From Mobula hypostoma (taxonomy: Eukaryota), in assembly GCF_963921235.1 (NCBI RefSeq), contig NC_086107.1, positions 108,936,001-109,000,000 on the forward strand: a stretch of DNA of 64,000 nucleotides. The letters run 5' to 3'. How positions within the stretch are numbered: the first letter of the stretch is position 1; each line of letters starts with the position of its first letter. The translations under genes and the position numbers were made by a program. Below, in pieces: positions 63,185-64,000 of this stretch. The notes below the pieces were generated by a model. The model had not been told where the DNA came from. It worked only from the letters and a program-made list of their open reading frames with translations, and made no database searches.

Positions 63185-63861
63185 CATATCAATGTAGTCA
63201 TAAAGAAGGCAAGACAGCGGCTATACTTCATTAGGAGTTTGAAGAGATTTGGCACGTCAACAAATACACTCAAAAACTTCTATTGATGTACCGTGGAGAG
63301 TATTCTGACAGGCTGCATCACTGTCTGGTATGGTGGGGGGGGGGTGGTGGTGTGGTGCTACTGCACAGGACTGAAAGAAGCTGCAGAGGGTTGTAAGTTT
63401 AGTCAGCTCCATCTTAGGTACTAGCCTATAAAGTACCCAGGACATCTTCAGGGAGCGGTGTCTCAGAAAGGCAGCGTCCATTATTAAGGACCCTCCAGCA
63501 TCAAGGGCATGCCCTTTTTTCACTGTTGCCATCAGGAAGGAGGTACAGAAGCCTGAAGGCACACACTCAGCGATTCAGGAACAGCTTCTTCCCCTCTGCC
63601 ATATGATTTCTGAATGGGCATTGAACCCATGAACACTACCTCACTTTTTTTAAATTTACAGTATTTTTGATTTTTGCATGTTTTTAATCTATTCAATATA
63701 CATATACTGTAATTGATTTACTTATTTATTTATTTATTATTATTATTTTTTTTTATTTTATTTCTTTTTTTTCTGTTCTAAGCTATGTATTGCATTGAAC
63801 TGCTGCTGCTAAGTTAACAAATTTCATGTCACATGCCGGTGATAGTAAACCTGATTCTGAT
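63185..63861 (+). mobile_element. Rex1/Babar 3' end
   Basis: KKARQRLYFIRSLKRFG...KAASIIKDP...; CTGATTCTGAT tail. Confidence 0.85.
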
Positions 63862-64000
63862 CATTTAAAAGAAGATCAGCTGGAATAACATCACCTTTAT
63901 TTGCCACATGTACATTGAAACATCGAAACACACAGTGACATGTGTCATTTGTGTCAAAAGCCGACACCGTCTGAGAGTTTTTTATTTAAAGGTACAGGGC

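Overview
Non-coding (intergenic or intronic) vertebrate DNA, most likely from a cartilaginous fish (ray/shark), judged from the repeat families. The window is dominated by nested transposon debris: many 5'-truncated CR1-clade LINEs, Rex1/Babar-type LINE 3' ends, RTE fragments, tRNA-derived V-SINEs and a CORE-type SINE, Tc1-derived non-autonomous elements, solo LTRs, Penelope-like elements (PLE), minisatellites and microsatellites. I recognised no host protein-coding exon; nearly all tracked ORFs are transposon pieces or noise. Most notable: (1) a young 3.4-kb CR1 whose AUG-less ORF2 is joined to ORF1 by a U_UUA_AAC slippery heptamer in the -1 frameshift register; (2) minimal hammerhead ribozyme motifs in PLE repeats, including a two-ribozyme fold-back insertion with a 13-bp TSD; (3) six copies of a ~680-bp non-coding retroelement with a YY1-type head and a 3' stem-loop plus (AATCT)n tail; (4) a chimeric RTE insertion with locally templated 5' filler. 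Family names come from recognised motifs, not database searches, and the boundaries of degraded copies are approximate.
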